A DNA stretch of 64,000 nucleotides from Chrysemys picta bellii (GCF_011386835.1 NC_088796.1:84320001-84384000), one strand, 5' to 3'; counted from the first letter of the stretch, positions 11,200 to 23,271 are shown. Made by a program: numbers and translations. The notes: generated from the letters alone by a model not told the origin.

Positions 11200-12310
11200 C
11201 TTGGATTTAAACCCAGCCCGAAGCACCTGGTCTAGGCAATAGCAACGGCTGCGGTCCTGGCCATCCCACCCCCGGATCGCGTAGCTCCTCCAGGGCAGGG
11301 GGCTCCCAGCCTGCGGGTAACAGGCTGCTGCTAACCCTCCTCCCCCCACCCCCCACACACTCACTGCTTGTAGGGGTCGTGGAAGGGCAGCGCCAGCCAG
11401 TCCCCGTGCATGTCGTGCATGTACTCGACCATCTCCTCGGGGCTGCGGTCGGACGAGATGAAGACGACCTCGAAAGGGGCCGGCGGGCGGGCGCCCTCCA
11501 GCAGCTCGCTGTAGAAGTCGCACAGGATGGGGGTGAAGTCCCGGCACGGGGAGCACCAGCCGGCCGAGAAGTACAAGCCCACGATCTTGTTCTGCAAAAC
11601 CTCCTCGGGATCCACGGCGTGCCCGTCCCGGGTGAGCAGGGGCCGCCCGCTGAATACATCCACCATCCTGCCCCCGGAGCACGGCGCCGGCCGGGGCGGG
11701 GAGCAGGAGCCCTTCCTCTTAGCTACGCACGGGGCTAGGATGGGCCACGCTCTTCTCGGAGGGGCGAGTTCTCGGCTAAGGTACGCGAGGGGCGTAGGCA
11801 GATTCCTTCCCTAGGGCCCAAGCCCGCGCCAGCATCTCACCGCCCAGGACCGGCTGGGGGTGCGGGGCGCAGGCGTTCAGCTGGGGCAGAGGCAATCGGC
11901 TCTGCACGGAAAGCGCCTGCCTGGTCCCTGTCCGCTCGCTTCTTCTCCGCTGCAGCCGGCCGGACCCCTCCGAGCGCCTCAGGGCTAGTGGGGGAGAGAA
12001 GAGAGCGCACGTTGTTAGCTGCACCACAGCGAAAAGTCTCGGAAAAGTCCAAGCCGCGTTTGTAGCGGGGACAGGCCGGAGGGCGGGCGGGCGGGCGAGC
12101 GAGACACAATCTGCCCCCGGGGCGGAGGGAAGCAGGGACAGATTCGTTTCAGGAACCTGCCGCGCTTGGAAGAACACGCAGCCCGGGGGCAAGGCAGAAG
12201 CGGTCACAATCCCTGCTCAGCTCAGGGACAGGGCGAGAGCTGGAAGCACCAGACCCTGCCAGCCGCTTGGAGTCATGCTCCAGGCTCCCAGCTGGCCCTG
12301 GGGCGGCCTT
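11200..12310. promoter_or_regulatory. CpG island / NXNL2 promoter with GC boxes
   Basis: Dense CpG over exon 1 and upstream. Tandem GGGCGG boxes at 12081-12097 and ~12119-12125. One TAATC (K50 homeodomain, CRX/OTX-type) core on the minus strand at 12324-12328. TSS cannot be determined. Confidence 0.75.
11365..11666 (-). CDS. NXNL2: Nucleoredoxin-like 2 (RdCVF2), exon 1
   Basis: MVDVFSGRPLL...QNKIVGLYFSAGWCSPCRDFTPILCDFY...PAPFEVVFISSD...WLALPFHDPYK is the thioredoxin-like NXNL2 N-terminus. Strong Kozak (AGGATGG). Donor CA|GTGAGT at 11365/11364. Confidence 0.96.
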
Positions 12311-13930
12311 TGGGGTCTAAAATGATTAAAAAGTGAACCAGAATCTCAATGGAAAAACTCACCCTAGCGCAAAATCTCATGTCTGCTCAGCCCGGGGTGT
12401 GGTGGCTGCATCACTGCTCTGGCTTCATCGGAGTCACAACTACAGCACCTGCAGCTCCTCTCCTTCACCCTCTTCCCTTGAGCTCCACCCCCCAACTGCC
12501 CTTACAAACACTCAGCTCCAGCCACTGACTGACAGCAACATTTGCCAATCGCTGCTGCTGGGCTCCAGGAGGTTAGCTGCTGACCCAGACCTCACACACA
12601 CGTTGCTTTGGGCTCAGTTTCCATTTTAGGGAAGACACTAATTACAAATCCCAGTCACTATGGAAACAGAAAAGGTCCCATTTTAAAGCACAAACGTATT
12701 CAAGTTCCATTGTAATGCCCCAATATTTCTTATTCACTCAGCTGATAAAGTTTTGTCTCAGAGTTTTGGTTTATTAGAAAAGGAACGAGCAGTTTCTGGA
12801 TGCTGTTTTGTGTTAGAATAACTTCAAAAACAGTGTATGGATTTTGTTTCTTTAGAACTTCAAACTTTCCCCAGACCCACCCCCTCATTCTAGAGGAACA
12901 GATGACCTATGCGAGAGCTATGGAGAGGTTTGTGCATGCCAATTCTAGATGTATGCATGCAAATCAGGTACTTACACATGACCAGTCAACTGACCATACA
13001 CTTGTGCAAATACCTGATTTTGCAACACACACCTCTAATACTTGTGTGCATACCCCTACATTTGAACATCTGTCCCTAAGCACCTTAACATTTGAAAACA
13101 CTTTAGACATGTTCAATGTCTGAAAAGTATGCATCCTGCTATTTTCTTCTAGTTTAAATTATTAACAACAAGAGAGGGGCTCAGGATCACATGTGCACAC
13201 GTAGAGCATCTCACATTTAAACAAAATTTCCTCATCTCCAGTTCAATTATTACATATCCCATTCTGACTGCATCAGACAGTCAAATACAAAGTGGAGAAG
13301 AGATGCCTATACTAAGAGGAGTGACTGGATCCAATCCTGGGTTCCTGTTCAAGCTGCACCTTTAACATACCCGTTCTTTTATTAGACTTTTACATCGATG
13401 TCTACTCAATCATGCTCTTTTCCTTCCCACAACCAAAGACAAAATGGAAGTTATGCCCCAAAATTTCAAACCTTAGTGGGTGCCTAAAGTTAGGTGGCTA
13501 ATTCTGAATTTGGGCACCTAAGCAAAATGGCCTGATTTTCATGAAAAGTAAACTGGTAAAACAAACGTGTTAATAGGAACTGGAGGTGCTCAGTACCTTT
13601 GAAAATCAGGCTACTTTTATTTAGATGCCCAAATATGGAGGTGGGAGGCTAACTTTAAGATATCCAACACCTGACAATTTAGGCTCTAATTCCTAAAATT
13701 AGGTTAACAGTACACCATATTAAGTGAGATTTAGTACACACAAAAGAAAATCAAAAATTCTGGCTCTCACAGGAAAGGTAACGCATAAAAATAAACACGA
13801 TAAGCACTAATACAACATATCACAGTGGCCACCATTGCAGTCTTGTCTTTGCAAACAGATAACATCCCCATAGCATTTCATCATAGGGGAGTATTGGAGG
13901 AATGTTATCTTTACACATCTGTGTATAGCA

Positions 13931-14153
13931 GATTTAGATTAAATCTCAGGAAAAACTTCCAAACTGTAAGAACAGTAGGACAATAAAACAAACTGCCTAG
14001 GGAGGTCGTGGAAGCTCCTTCACTGGAGTTTCTCAAAAGGGGGCTGGATGATAGCCATCTGTCTTGGCTGGCTTAGACACAACAGATCCTGCATCTTGGC
14101 AGTGGGTTAGGCTAGATGACTTTTGAGGTCCCTTCTAAGCCTGTGAATCTATA
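13931..14153 (+). mobile_element. CR1 LINE 3' end
   Basis: CTGCCTAGGGAGGTCGTGGAAGCTCCTTCACTGGAG...AGGCTAGATGACTTTTGAGGTCCCTTCTAAGCCTGTGAATCTATAA is a typical CR1 3' terminus. Confidence 0.8.
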
Positions 14154-14411
14154 AGGGGGCTGAATTGCAACTGCTGAATTTCTGCCATTTTCACATCCAA
14201 AATCTCAGTTGTTTTTCATTCTTAGTGTTTTTGCATATATAAGTTTACAACAATAGCTTTACTGATAGGAGTTCTCCTCCCTAGCACAACAGGGTGTATC
14301 AAGGAAATAGTTAAAAATTACTGTCTAGTGTTATCTCCATTGCATCACTTCCCACCCTAGGGAGCACAGACGGATTTATTCAGTATTGTTTTGTTTTTAC
14401 TGTAATAGCTG

Positions 14412-15562
14412 TGTGACATTGTGCAGTCTATATGGTTTTATAAAAATACGATAAGTGAATATAATGTAACTGGAATATGCTTCATGCAAAAGGTCTCTTG
14501 TAAGGTATCATTACAAAGCTTATAATCTACTGAGTGTGATCATCCTATTTGTAGAAATGTACCACTCTTGTATCTAAAACTAGAAATATAAAATATAACT
14601 CTGAGGGCCTATTGTAATTATGCAAAGTGTGGGCCATTAATAGTGGTTTGGAATCTCGATGACTCCCATTAAGCAGGACCATTGTCTGCAGATGGCTGTG
14701 TTTTACCTGTGAGTCTTCCTGTATATGTGTGTGCTGGCAAGTGGGTAATGAAGTCTTGACATATGATCATATCACCTGAACTGGAATCCATCTTTAACCT
14801 GGTGCTTTTCCAGTGAGGGGGGGTGGAAACCCAGAGGGACAAAGGGTTCCCGCCTTATGCAAAAGATATATAAAGGGGTGGAACAGAACAAAAGGGGAGA
14901 GAGGAGCCATCATGAAGAATCCCCTAGCTACCACCTGAGCTGGAACAAGAGCTGTACCAGGGGAAAGAATTGTGCCCAGGCCTGGAAGGTGTCCAATCTG
15001 AGGAAAAAACTTACTAAAGCATCTCTGAGGGCGAGATTATCTGTATTCAGTTTGAATAGACATAGATTTGCACATTTTATTTTATTTTGCTTGGTGATTT
15101 ACTTTGTTCTGTCTGTTACTACTTGGAACCACTTAAATCCTACTTCTGTATTTAATAAAATCACTTTTTACTTATTGATTAACTCAGTATGTATTAATAC
15201 CTGGGGGAGCAAACAACCGTGCATATCTCTCTATCAGTGTTATATAGAGGGCGAACGATTTATGAGTTTACCCTGCATAAGCTTTATACAGGATAAAACA
15301 GATTTATTTGGGTTTAGACCACAGAGGGGGTTGGGCATCAGAGTGCTAAAGATAAGCACACTTCTGTGAGCTGTTTTTAGGTAAACCTGCAACTTTGGGG
15401 CAAGTAATTCAGACTCGGGGTCTTTGTTGGAGCAGACGGGAGTGTCCGGCTCAGCAAGACAGGGTGCTGGAGTCCTGAGTTGGCAGGGAAAACAGGAGCA
15501 GAGATAGTCTTGGCACATTGGGTGGCAGCTCCCAGGGGGGTTTTGTGATCCAACCCGTCACA
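14412..15562 (+). mobile_element. Solo LTR (1151 bp, probably Gypsy-type)
   Basis: TGTGAC...GTCACA termini. Perfect 5-bp TSD AGCTG at 14407-14411 and 15563-15567. TATATAAA at 14867-14874 and AATAAA at 15154-15159 give the orientation. Confidence 0.9.
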
Positions 15563-16564
15563 AGCTGTTTTGTTATTATTGTTAAATTTTCAGATGCAGG
15601 ATGAATCTGTTTTCCAAAATAAAAAACATCTTTGGAATCTAGGAGGTAATATTTTCTAAGAAGGACCCTGGCCAAGTTAAATAATTTTAAAACAAGGATC
15701 CTTTAGGGGCCCAATCATGCAGGAGAAAAACCTGATAGATCATTTCTGTTTACTCTAAAGTGAGGATGATGGGTTTGCAGTGTATTCTTTTAACACAGGT
15801 TTTTAAAGTGAATTTATTGGGAAGAGGTGAGATGTATGTTTTTGGCTTTAATCCTGCTAAAACAGACAAATAAGATTAATAGATAAGCAACAATGAAATC
15901 AGGATGGCTGTACCATACATACAGATCAGGAGGTTACCTCAAGAACAGCTAAGTATTGAGGTCAGTACAATATTTAGGGACTATTTACTGTGAAGGTTAT
16001 ACATTTTCTAGTTTGTATAGGACACCAAAAACTCTCAAGCCAGTACTGAATACTTGCATAAAGAATTGAGTTTGTGTGTGTTTATGGAAGGCTTATGCTA
16101 AACAATACAAACCACAAATTGAAATGCAAGCTGTTTTGTTTCCCCTCCTGTAAAATATACAGAAAGCCTTTATATAGTGAATGTTTTGATTATACTATTT
16201 GGATATCATCCAGCAAATAAATGTCTGATGTAAACTGTACAATTATTCCATATCTTGCACGTCTCAAGCTTTTTCTCAGTCTCTTTGTTTGATCATTCTG
16301 TAAATGGACATCATACTCTTTCAGATGCTCTATTTACCAATTATTTTTTTAAAGAGTTAGGACTCAATCCTGACCTGGCTGCTCAGCCACTCTCCCTAAC
16401 ACCCACTATGGCTGTAGCACACTCTCTATCTCTTTTTCTCATTCCGTTGATCTTCTCCCATTCCAAAACTCAGCCATTACTAAACTGAAGTCTCTCCGAA
16501 TGTGGGGTAGAAATGTTTTCAGGCTCAATGTAATACCATTGCTTTACAAATATATCCTGACTAC

Positions 16565-16640
16565 ATAGATTGTAAGCTCCTTGGGGCAGGAGCTTTCTTT
16601 TTGTTCTGTGTTTGTACAGCACCTAGCACAATGGGGTTCT
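16565..16640 (+). mobile_element. SINE 3' tail (L2/MIR-like)
   Basis: TAGATTGTAAGCTCCTTGGGGCAGG...TGTACAGCACCTAGCACAATGGGG; same family as the host element at 7447-7925. Confidence 0.6.
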
Positions 16641-18069
16641 ATTAAATTACAAATTCTATATATGCAGATAATGGATCACTCTTTACACAGTTTGCACGTG
16701 GATAGAGAGAGGGGAGAAAAAGGGATTCTTGGAACAAAAAGTGAGACTATTATATGCTTGGGCTGAATAATGGGTCAGTTGTTCCTGCTGATCCTATCAT
16801 ATGAATCAAAAGATCATCAATATACATTTCCATCACCACATTTTGAGAACTAAGCAATTATATCTTGATTGAGGACACTTCTAATTTGTTCAACTCAATG
16901 TAGTGCAACCTACATATGAGACATCAAAGTAAAAATCTGCTACAGCATGATCCTGACTTCTAAAATTTAATGAAATATGAGATAATTCGATTGTTCTGAT
17001 TGCCTCATAAGATATATCATCTCATTTCTGTGAACATTTCAGAGGCTCTCACACAAATGAACCTGATCACAAGTTAGATTAAAATAAAGATAATTGACCT
17101 AAGTGTACCTCATTCTACAAAAAGCAGGTACTATCATATCATGTATAATGGATATCATAACTATTACAGAAACTTTACACATGGAAAAGACAACTTCATT
17201 TCAAGTTTTCCCTTTTATTGTTTGTTCTTTCCTTTTTTGTGGGGTCGGTGTCTGACATGTTATAAAGTTTAGGTCACTTTGTTCAGAGTTACAAACATTC
17301 CATTCCCGAGATGTCTGTAACTCTGAGGTTCTATGTACAAACTAAGTTGAGACCAAGCAGTATTTTAAATATTTCTGGAGAGATCTTCTAGGATTTCCTT
17401 TTCCCCCCTTTAGTTCTCTCAAAGGCCTTTCATTGGGCTGACCCAACAGTCTAGCTGAGAAAGGATGGACACACATCTTTCTCTGGAGAGTGCTACCACC
17501 ATTTCTGAGTGCAAGAGAAAAGCAAGGTGGTCTCTTTCAGAGCTTGAGACTGTCAGGGCAACTCCAAGCCATAGTTTTGGAAACATGGTGATATGTTCCT
17601 GATACTCTTCATCAAAGATAACTGCGTTGGTTTGTATTATATAGATTTTAAACAAATGATGTTAGAGAGTCATTTTGATTTAAGGCGACCTCATCTCCTG
17701 ATGTTTTTCCCCCACCATTTTTTATCTGTTACCAGAGCCATGTAGCACTCAGCACACTATTGATAGAGCTGGTGCTTGTTTTCTACATGCCAAAGTTCAC
17801 CCCTTTATAGCAAATGTAATCCACACTGGCTACAGCCAATATTTTGCTTTGATAAGAGGTTTTAGTTACACAAATTAGTCATCAGTGCAGTTTCTTTCCA
17901 AGCACTTATGACTAATCATTAATTACTGTTCTGATGCACCACTATAGCTGAAAAAGAATTTATTAGGTGGTTAGAAATGTTTTGAGTTCAAGCATAATAG
18001 ATCTCTAGTTTGCCAGACTCTTGACAACCAGGCATCCTACTTTTCTGACCATAAACCTCTAATCCTATA

Positions 18070-18990
18070 CAGTAGAGTAGCTAGCAGGGCGCAGGGGAAG
18101 CAGCCGCTTCCCCTCACCCCTTTTCCCAAAAGCGGCGCCTGCCGGGCCGGCGCCGGGGACAGCACTGCCGGAGGAGCCATGGGTGGGGTGGGCAAGCGCG
18201 GCCGGAGGAGCGAGGGGGCCGGCTCCTCGGCCATCGTGCCGCACCATCGCCGCAGGCGCAGCCACCTCCTGCAGCGGCTCAGGGCTCGGCGGCCAAGCGC
18301 TCCCCGCCCAGAGCTGGAGCCGGGATCGGCCGGGGACAGGCGGCGGCACAGGACGGCCGGGCCGGCACTGGGGGCAGCACGGCCGGAGGAGCGATGCGGG
18401 GGGGGGGGGGGGGGGGGGGGGAGGGCGGCAGGCGTGGCCGGAGGAGTGAGGGGGCCGGCTCCTCGGTCATCGCGCCCCACACGGCCCCAACATCGCCGCA
18501 GGAGCAGCCACCTCCTGCAGCAGCTCAGGGCTCGGAGGTCAAGTGCTCCCCGCCTAGAGCCGGGGCCGGGATCGGCCAGGGACAGGCGACGGGGCAGGGC
18601 AGAACGTGAGCGGCGGGGATCCAGTGCCTTGCACTGGGGGGTCCCCTCTGGGTGAGGGGCTCCCCGGGTCCGGGCCCGCAGGGCAGGGGCGCAGGCCGCG
18701 CTGTCTGGACGGGGAGCCCTGGTGCGGCACAGGAGCCTGGGGCCCCGGCCGGGGGGGGGGGGGGGGCGGGGGACACTTGCAGAGCGGGCTGGGCAGGAGA
18801 GACTCTCCCGGGACCGCGGGGGGACGGGGGTATCCGCACCCCTGGGAAGCCCGCAGGAGTCCTGAGCCGGCCCGGGGTTAATCTGGGGGGGGGAATGGGA
18901 GGAGCCAAGGGGGGCATGGCCAGAGGAGGAGCCAAGGGGGAGCGCCTTTTTTCTGTTTGCTCCCCCTACACTTACCTGGCTACGCCACTG
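18070..18990. mobile_element. GC/CpG-rich non-autonomous hAT transposon with internal direct duplication
   Basis: 15-bp TIR CAGTAGAGTAGCTAG / CTGGCTACGCCACTG (3 mismatches). Perfect 8-bp TSD ATCCTATA at 18062-18069 and 18991-18998. A ~150-bp unit recurs at ~18199-18345 and ~18437-18595. G24 run at 18398-18421. Confidence 0.88.
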
Positions 18991-20045
18991 ATCCTATATA
19001 GGCATTACTACTGCTTCAAGTGGAAAACAGAGTGATTTTAAAAGGAGAACTTGATAACATGAAGTAGCTCTCCCATACCATACGTGCTTCACTCCTCCAA
19101 ACTTCTGACCACCCTATTTTTTTCCATGTCTCTTTTACTCTTTCATCCCTAGCACAAAAACGGGCAGAATGGAGCAGCTGATCAAGGCCGACATGCTCTT
19201 CTTGAGCTTCAAACAGCCCAAAGGGAGCTCAGCCTCCCAGACACACATTTCTTTCAAAGCCTCCAATCTGCACTGTCTCCACAGGAGATGGCTTGCAGAG
19301 CAGATTAGGAATCGTGGCCATGTGCCCCAGTAGCCTGGAGACAGACAAGGAAATGGAAGGAAACCCCTATTGATTTCAGGCTCTATGGGGGTTCTTCTGC
19401 TCTTGCCCATGCAACAAGCTGGCCTGTCCTACCAGCAATGGACACCACAGTTTTCCCACAACCAATCCACCTCTGCAAGGTAGAAGAGGAGTGATTGCTG
19501 CTCCTTTTTGCATTGGCATGGGAGGGGAATAAATATTTTAGACTAACTGTTCTAATTCTTCACTCCTTTTTTCTGGTCATGCAGGGCAGAGTTCCCACAT
19601 AGCTACCACATAAGTGAGGGGAAAAGAGGTTTGAGTCATCATGCCTTCTACATACCAGTACCCACACCAAGCTAGCTGGTAAATAAGACATAATAAGCAG
19701 TAGAAGGAATTTTAAAATTTGTAGTGTAAGTAGCTAAGACACTGATGCTTTTGTTTTCAGACTTCCACAAATGTAAATTGCTGGAATTCTGTGTGCAAAG
19801 GCAGCAACCAGTTTGTTCTGAGGGTTGCAGCAGCCTAGATAGAGGTGAATCACTCATGAAAAATTGGCTTTGTTTTCTTTCATCTAAAATAAAAGTCAAT
19901 TTGGGCTGAACATAGATGGTTGCTTTGTATGTATGGAAAACAAAGGGAATAATAAAGGTAATTGTTTTAGACCTGGTCTGGAGTGCTATGTGGCTAGGAC
20001 CATCCTGTAGATCCATCTTGTTCTTTTTAAAAGTTAACTTGAAAG

Positions 20046-21610
20046 TAGGGCTGTTGATTAATTACAGTTAACTCATGTGATGAACTCCAAAAAATTAATT
20101 GCTATTAAAAAATTAATTGTGATTAATCACTGTTTTAATCACACTGTTAAACAATAGAATACCAATTGAAATTTATTAAATATTTTTGGATGTTTTTCTA
20201 CGTTTTCAAATATAATTATTTAAATTACAACACAGAATACAAAGTGTACAGTGCTCACTTTATATTATTTTTAATACAAATATTTGCACTGTAAAAATGG
20301 TAAACAAAAGAAATAGTATTTTTAAATTCACCTCATACAAGTACTGTAGTGCAATCTCTTTATTGTGAAAGTGTAATTTACAAATGTAGATTTTTTGTTT
20401 GTTACGTGATTGCACTCAAAAACAAAACAATGTAAAACTTTAGAGCCTACAAGTCCACTCAGTTCTACTACTTCTTCAGCCACTTGATAAGACAAAGAAG
20501 TTTGTTTACATTTATGGGAGATAATGTTGCCCACTTCTTATTTACGTCATCTGAAAGCAAGATATTTACGTGCCAGATATGCTAAACATTCATATACCCC
20601 TTCGTGCTTCGGCCACCATTCCAGAGGACATGCTTCCATGCTGATGATGCTCGTTCAAAAAATAATGCATTAGTTAAATTTGTGAGTGAACTTCTTGGGG
20701 GAGAATTGTACGTTGCCTGCTCTGTTTTACCCACACTTTGACATATATTTCATATTATAGCAGTCTCGGATGATGACCCAGCACGTTATTTCGTTATTCG
20801 TAACACTTTCACTGCAGATTTGACAAAACACAAAGGTACCAATCTGAGATTTCCAAAGATAGCAACAGCACTCGACCCAACGTTTAAGAATCTGAAGTGC
20901 CTTCCAAAATCTGAGAGGGATGAGGTGTGGAGCATGCTCTCAGAAGTCTTAAAAGAGCAACATTCCGATGCGAAAACTACAGAACCCGAACCGCCAAAAA
21001 AACAAAAAAAACAAAAAAAAAACAAAAAACACCAACCTTCCGTTGGTGGCATCTGACTCAGAAGATGAAAATCAACATGTGTTGGTCCGCACTGCTTTGG
21101 ATCATTATCGAGCAAAACCTGTCATCAGCATGGACACATCCTCTGGAATGGTGCTTGAAGCACGAACGGGCATACTTAAGGTGACAGAATAAAGAATAAA
21201 GGGGCAGCATTATCGCCTGAAATTGTAAACAAACTTGTTAGTCTGAGCGATTGGCTGAACAATTAGTAGGACTAAGTGGACTTGTAGGCTTTAAAGTTTT
21301 ACATTGTTTTGTTTTTGAATGCAGTTATTTTTTGTACATGGTTCTACATTTGTAAGTTCAACTTTCATGCTAGAGACATTGCACTTGTATTAGGGGAATT
21401 GAAAAATGCTATTTCTTTTGTTTTTTACAGTGCAAATATTTGTAATAAAAAATAAAGTGAGCACTGTACACTTAGTATTCTGTGTTGTAATTGAAATAAA
21501 TATATTTAAAAATGTAGAAAACATCCAAAATATTGAAATAAATGATATTCTATTATTGTTCAACAGTGCAATTAATCGCGATTAATTTTTTTAATCACTT
21601 GACAGACCCA
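20046..21610. mobile_element. Non-autonomous hAT element with long inverted arms and transposase C-terminal remnants
   Basis: Termini TAGGGCTGTTGA / TTGACAGACCCA. Degenerate TSD CTTGAAAG/GTTTAAAG. Plus-strand remnant KIATALDPTFKNLKCLPKSERDEVW. hATC-like C-terminal peptides on both strands. Confidence 0.85.
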
Positions 21611-21619
21611 GTTTAAAGT

Positions 21620-22511
21620 TTCAGAGTGGTAGCCGTGTTAGCCTGTATCAGCAAAAAGAACGAGGAGTACTTGTGGCACCTTAGAGACTAACAAATTTAT
21701 TTGGGCATATGCTTTTGTGGGCTAAAACCCACTTAGTCAGATGCATGGAGTAGAAAATACAGTAGGAAGATATATATACAGGGACACCATATATATTCAA
21801 GGGACACCATCATAGGACCTAATCACATCAGCTACACCATCAGGGGCTCACTCACCTGCACATCTACCAATGTGATATATGCCATCATGTGCCAGCAATG
21901 TCCCTCTGCCATGTACATTGGCCAAACCGGACAGTCTCTACACAAAAGAATAAATGGACACAAATCAGACATCAAGAATTATAACATTCAAAAACCAGTC
22001 GGAGAGCACTTCAATCTCCCTGGACACTCAATTACAGACCTAAAAGTGGCAATTCTTCAACAAAAAAACTTCAAAAAGAGAATCCAACAAGAAATTGCAG
22101 AACTGCAATTCATTTGCAAACTGGACACCATCAGATTAGGCCTGAATAAAGACTGGGAGTGGATGGGTCATTACACAAACTAAAAACTATTTCCCCATGC
22201 TAATTTTCCCTCCTACTGTTACTCACACCTCCTTGTCAACTGTTTGAAATGGGCTATCCTGATTACCACTACAAATTCTTTTTCCCCCTCCTCCTGATAA
22301 TAGCCCACCTTAATTGATTTGTCTCATTAGAGTTGGTATTGCAACCCCCATCTTTTCATGTTCTCTGTATAGATAGATAGACAGACAGATAGATATCTTC
22401 CTACTGTATTTTCCACTGCATGCATCCGATGAAGTGGGTTTTAGCCCACAAAAGCTTATGCCCAAATAAATTTGTTAGTCTCTAAGGTGCCACAAGTACT
22501 CGTTCTTTTTT
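21620..22511 (+). mobile_element. 5'-truncated Penelope-like retroelement with inverted pseudo-LTR
   Basis: GIY-YIG ORF inside. ~21650-21775 is the reverse complement of ~22394-22511. Flanked by a 12-bp duplication (CCAGTTTAAAGT 21608-21619 / CTAGTTTAAAGT 22512-22523). Confidence 0.9.
21872..22183 (+). pseudogene. GIY-YIG endonuclease domain remnant of a Penelope-like element
   Basis: IYAIMCQQCPSAMYIGQTGQSLHKRINGH...VGEHFNLPGH...ELQFICKLDT...GLNKD shows the GIY...YIG motif and the CxxC/H zinc motif of Penelope endonucleases. RT is absent. Confidence 0.88.
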
Positions 22512-23271
22512 CTAGTTTAAAGTGAAATTAGTTAATTGATCTCAGCTCCTTATTGGCGGGCCAATATTCCAGCTCATGAACCTCAACCATAGTTTGGACC
22601 AGCTTAGTATTTAAAGAACAGTATTTAAAGAGATAGCCAATTATCTTCCTTCCCTTTACAAAAGGTTGTGATGAACCTTAGCCAGTACATTGCAAGGTAT
22701 TGACAACACAGTACTGAGTCACAAAAACTTAGCTTGCAGCAACTTTTGACCTCAATTGACTTTGAGCACAACTCTCCATGACATTAACATATGCTGGTAC
22801 AAAGAGGTTTCATTTTCATTTACAGCCAAAACAGGAGACTGCTGTATTTATTGAATGATATTGACCTTTGTTCATGGCAAATATTGTCTGGGATTCTTCC
22901 CTTTTGTTTTCATTAAGGACATTAACATTATTGCTTTACTTAGTTCTCTAATCCTCTCTCAGATTCATAATCCTGGAGCTATTTATAGAGAGTCCCTGAT
23001 CCTTCCTCAGGAGAACATGTTCACCCTAGACAGAGATGACACTGCCTCTCTGAAAGCTTGTAAACAATACCTGGTTAACAAAATCCTCTGGCAAATAACA
23101 GATTTTAACACAATTCAACATAAAACACTTTCCACCCTAAAATGTGCCATTCCGATATTTTCCTAGCAGATATAAACATTGAATATTAAGTTGACCATAT
23201 GGTGGATGGTTTTGTTTTGTTTATTTTAACATAATGGCAAGTTAATATTTTTAGCTAATTCATATCACAGT

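Noticed and set aside
11152-12207. Several 90-176 aa ORFs overlapping NXNL2 exon 1 and its promoter on both strands
   Set aside because: Expected by-products of very high GC content; low-complexity Arg/Pro/Gly/Ala peptides with no recognisable domain.
14857-15369. 170-aa ORF
   Set aside because: Lies wholly within a solo LTR; no gag/pol/env motifs recognised.
18037-19035. Stack of long ORFs in all frames
   Set aside because: They lie within a GC-rich non-autonomous hAT with internal repeats and show no transposase or other domain.
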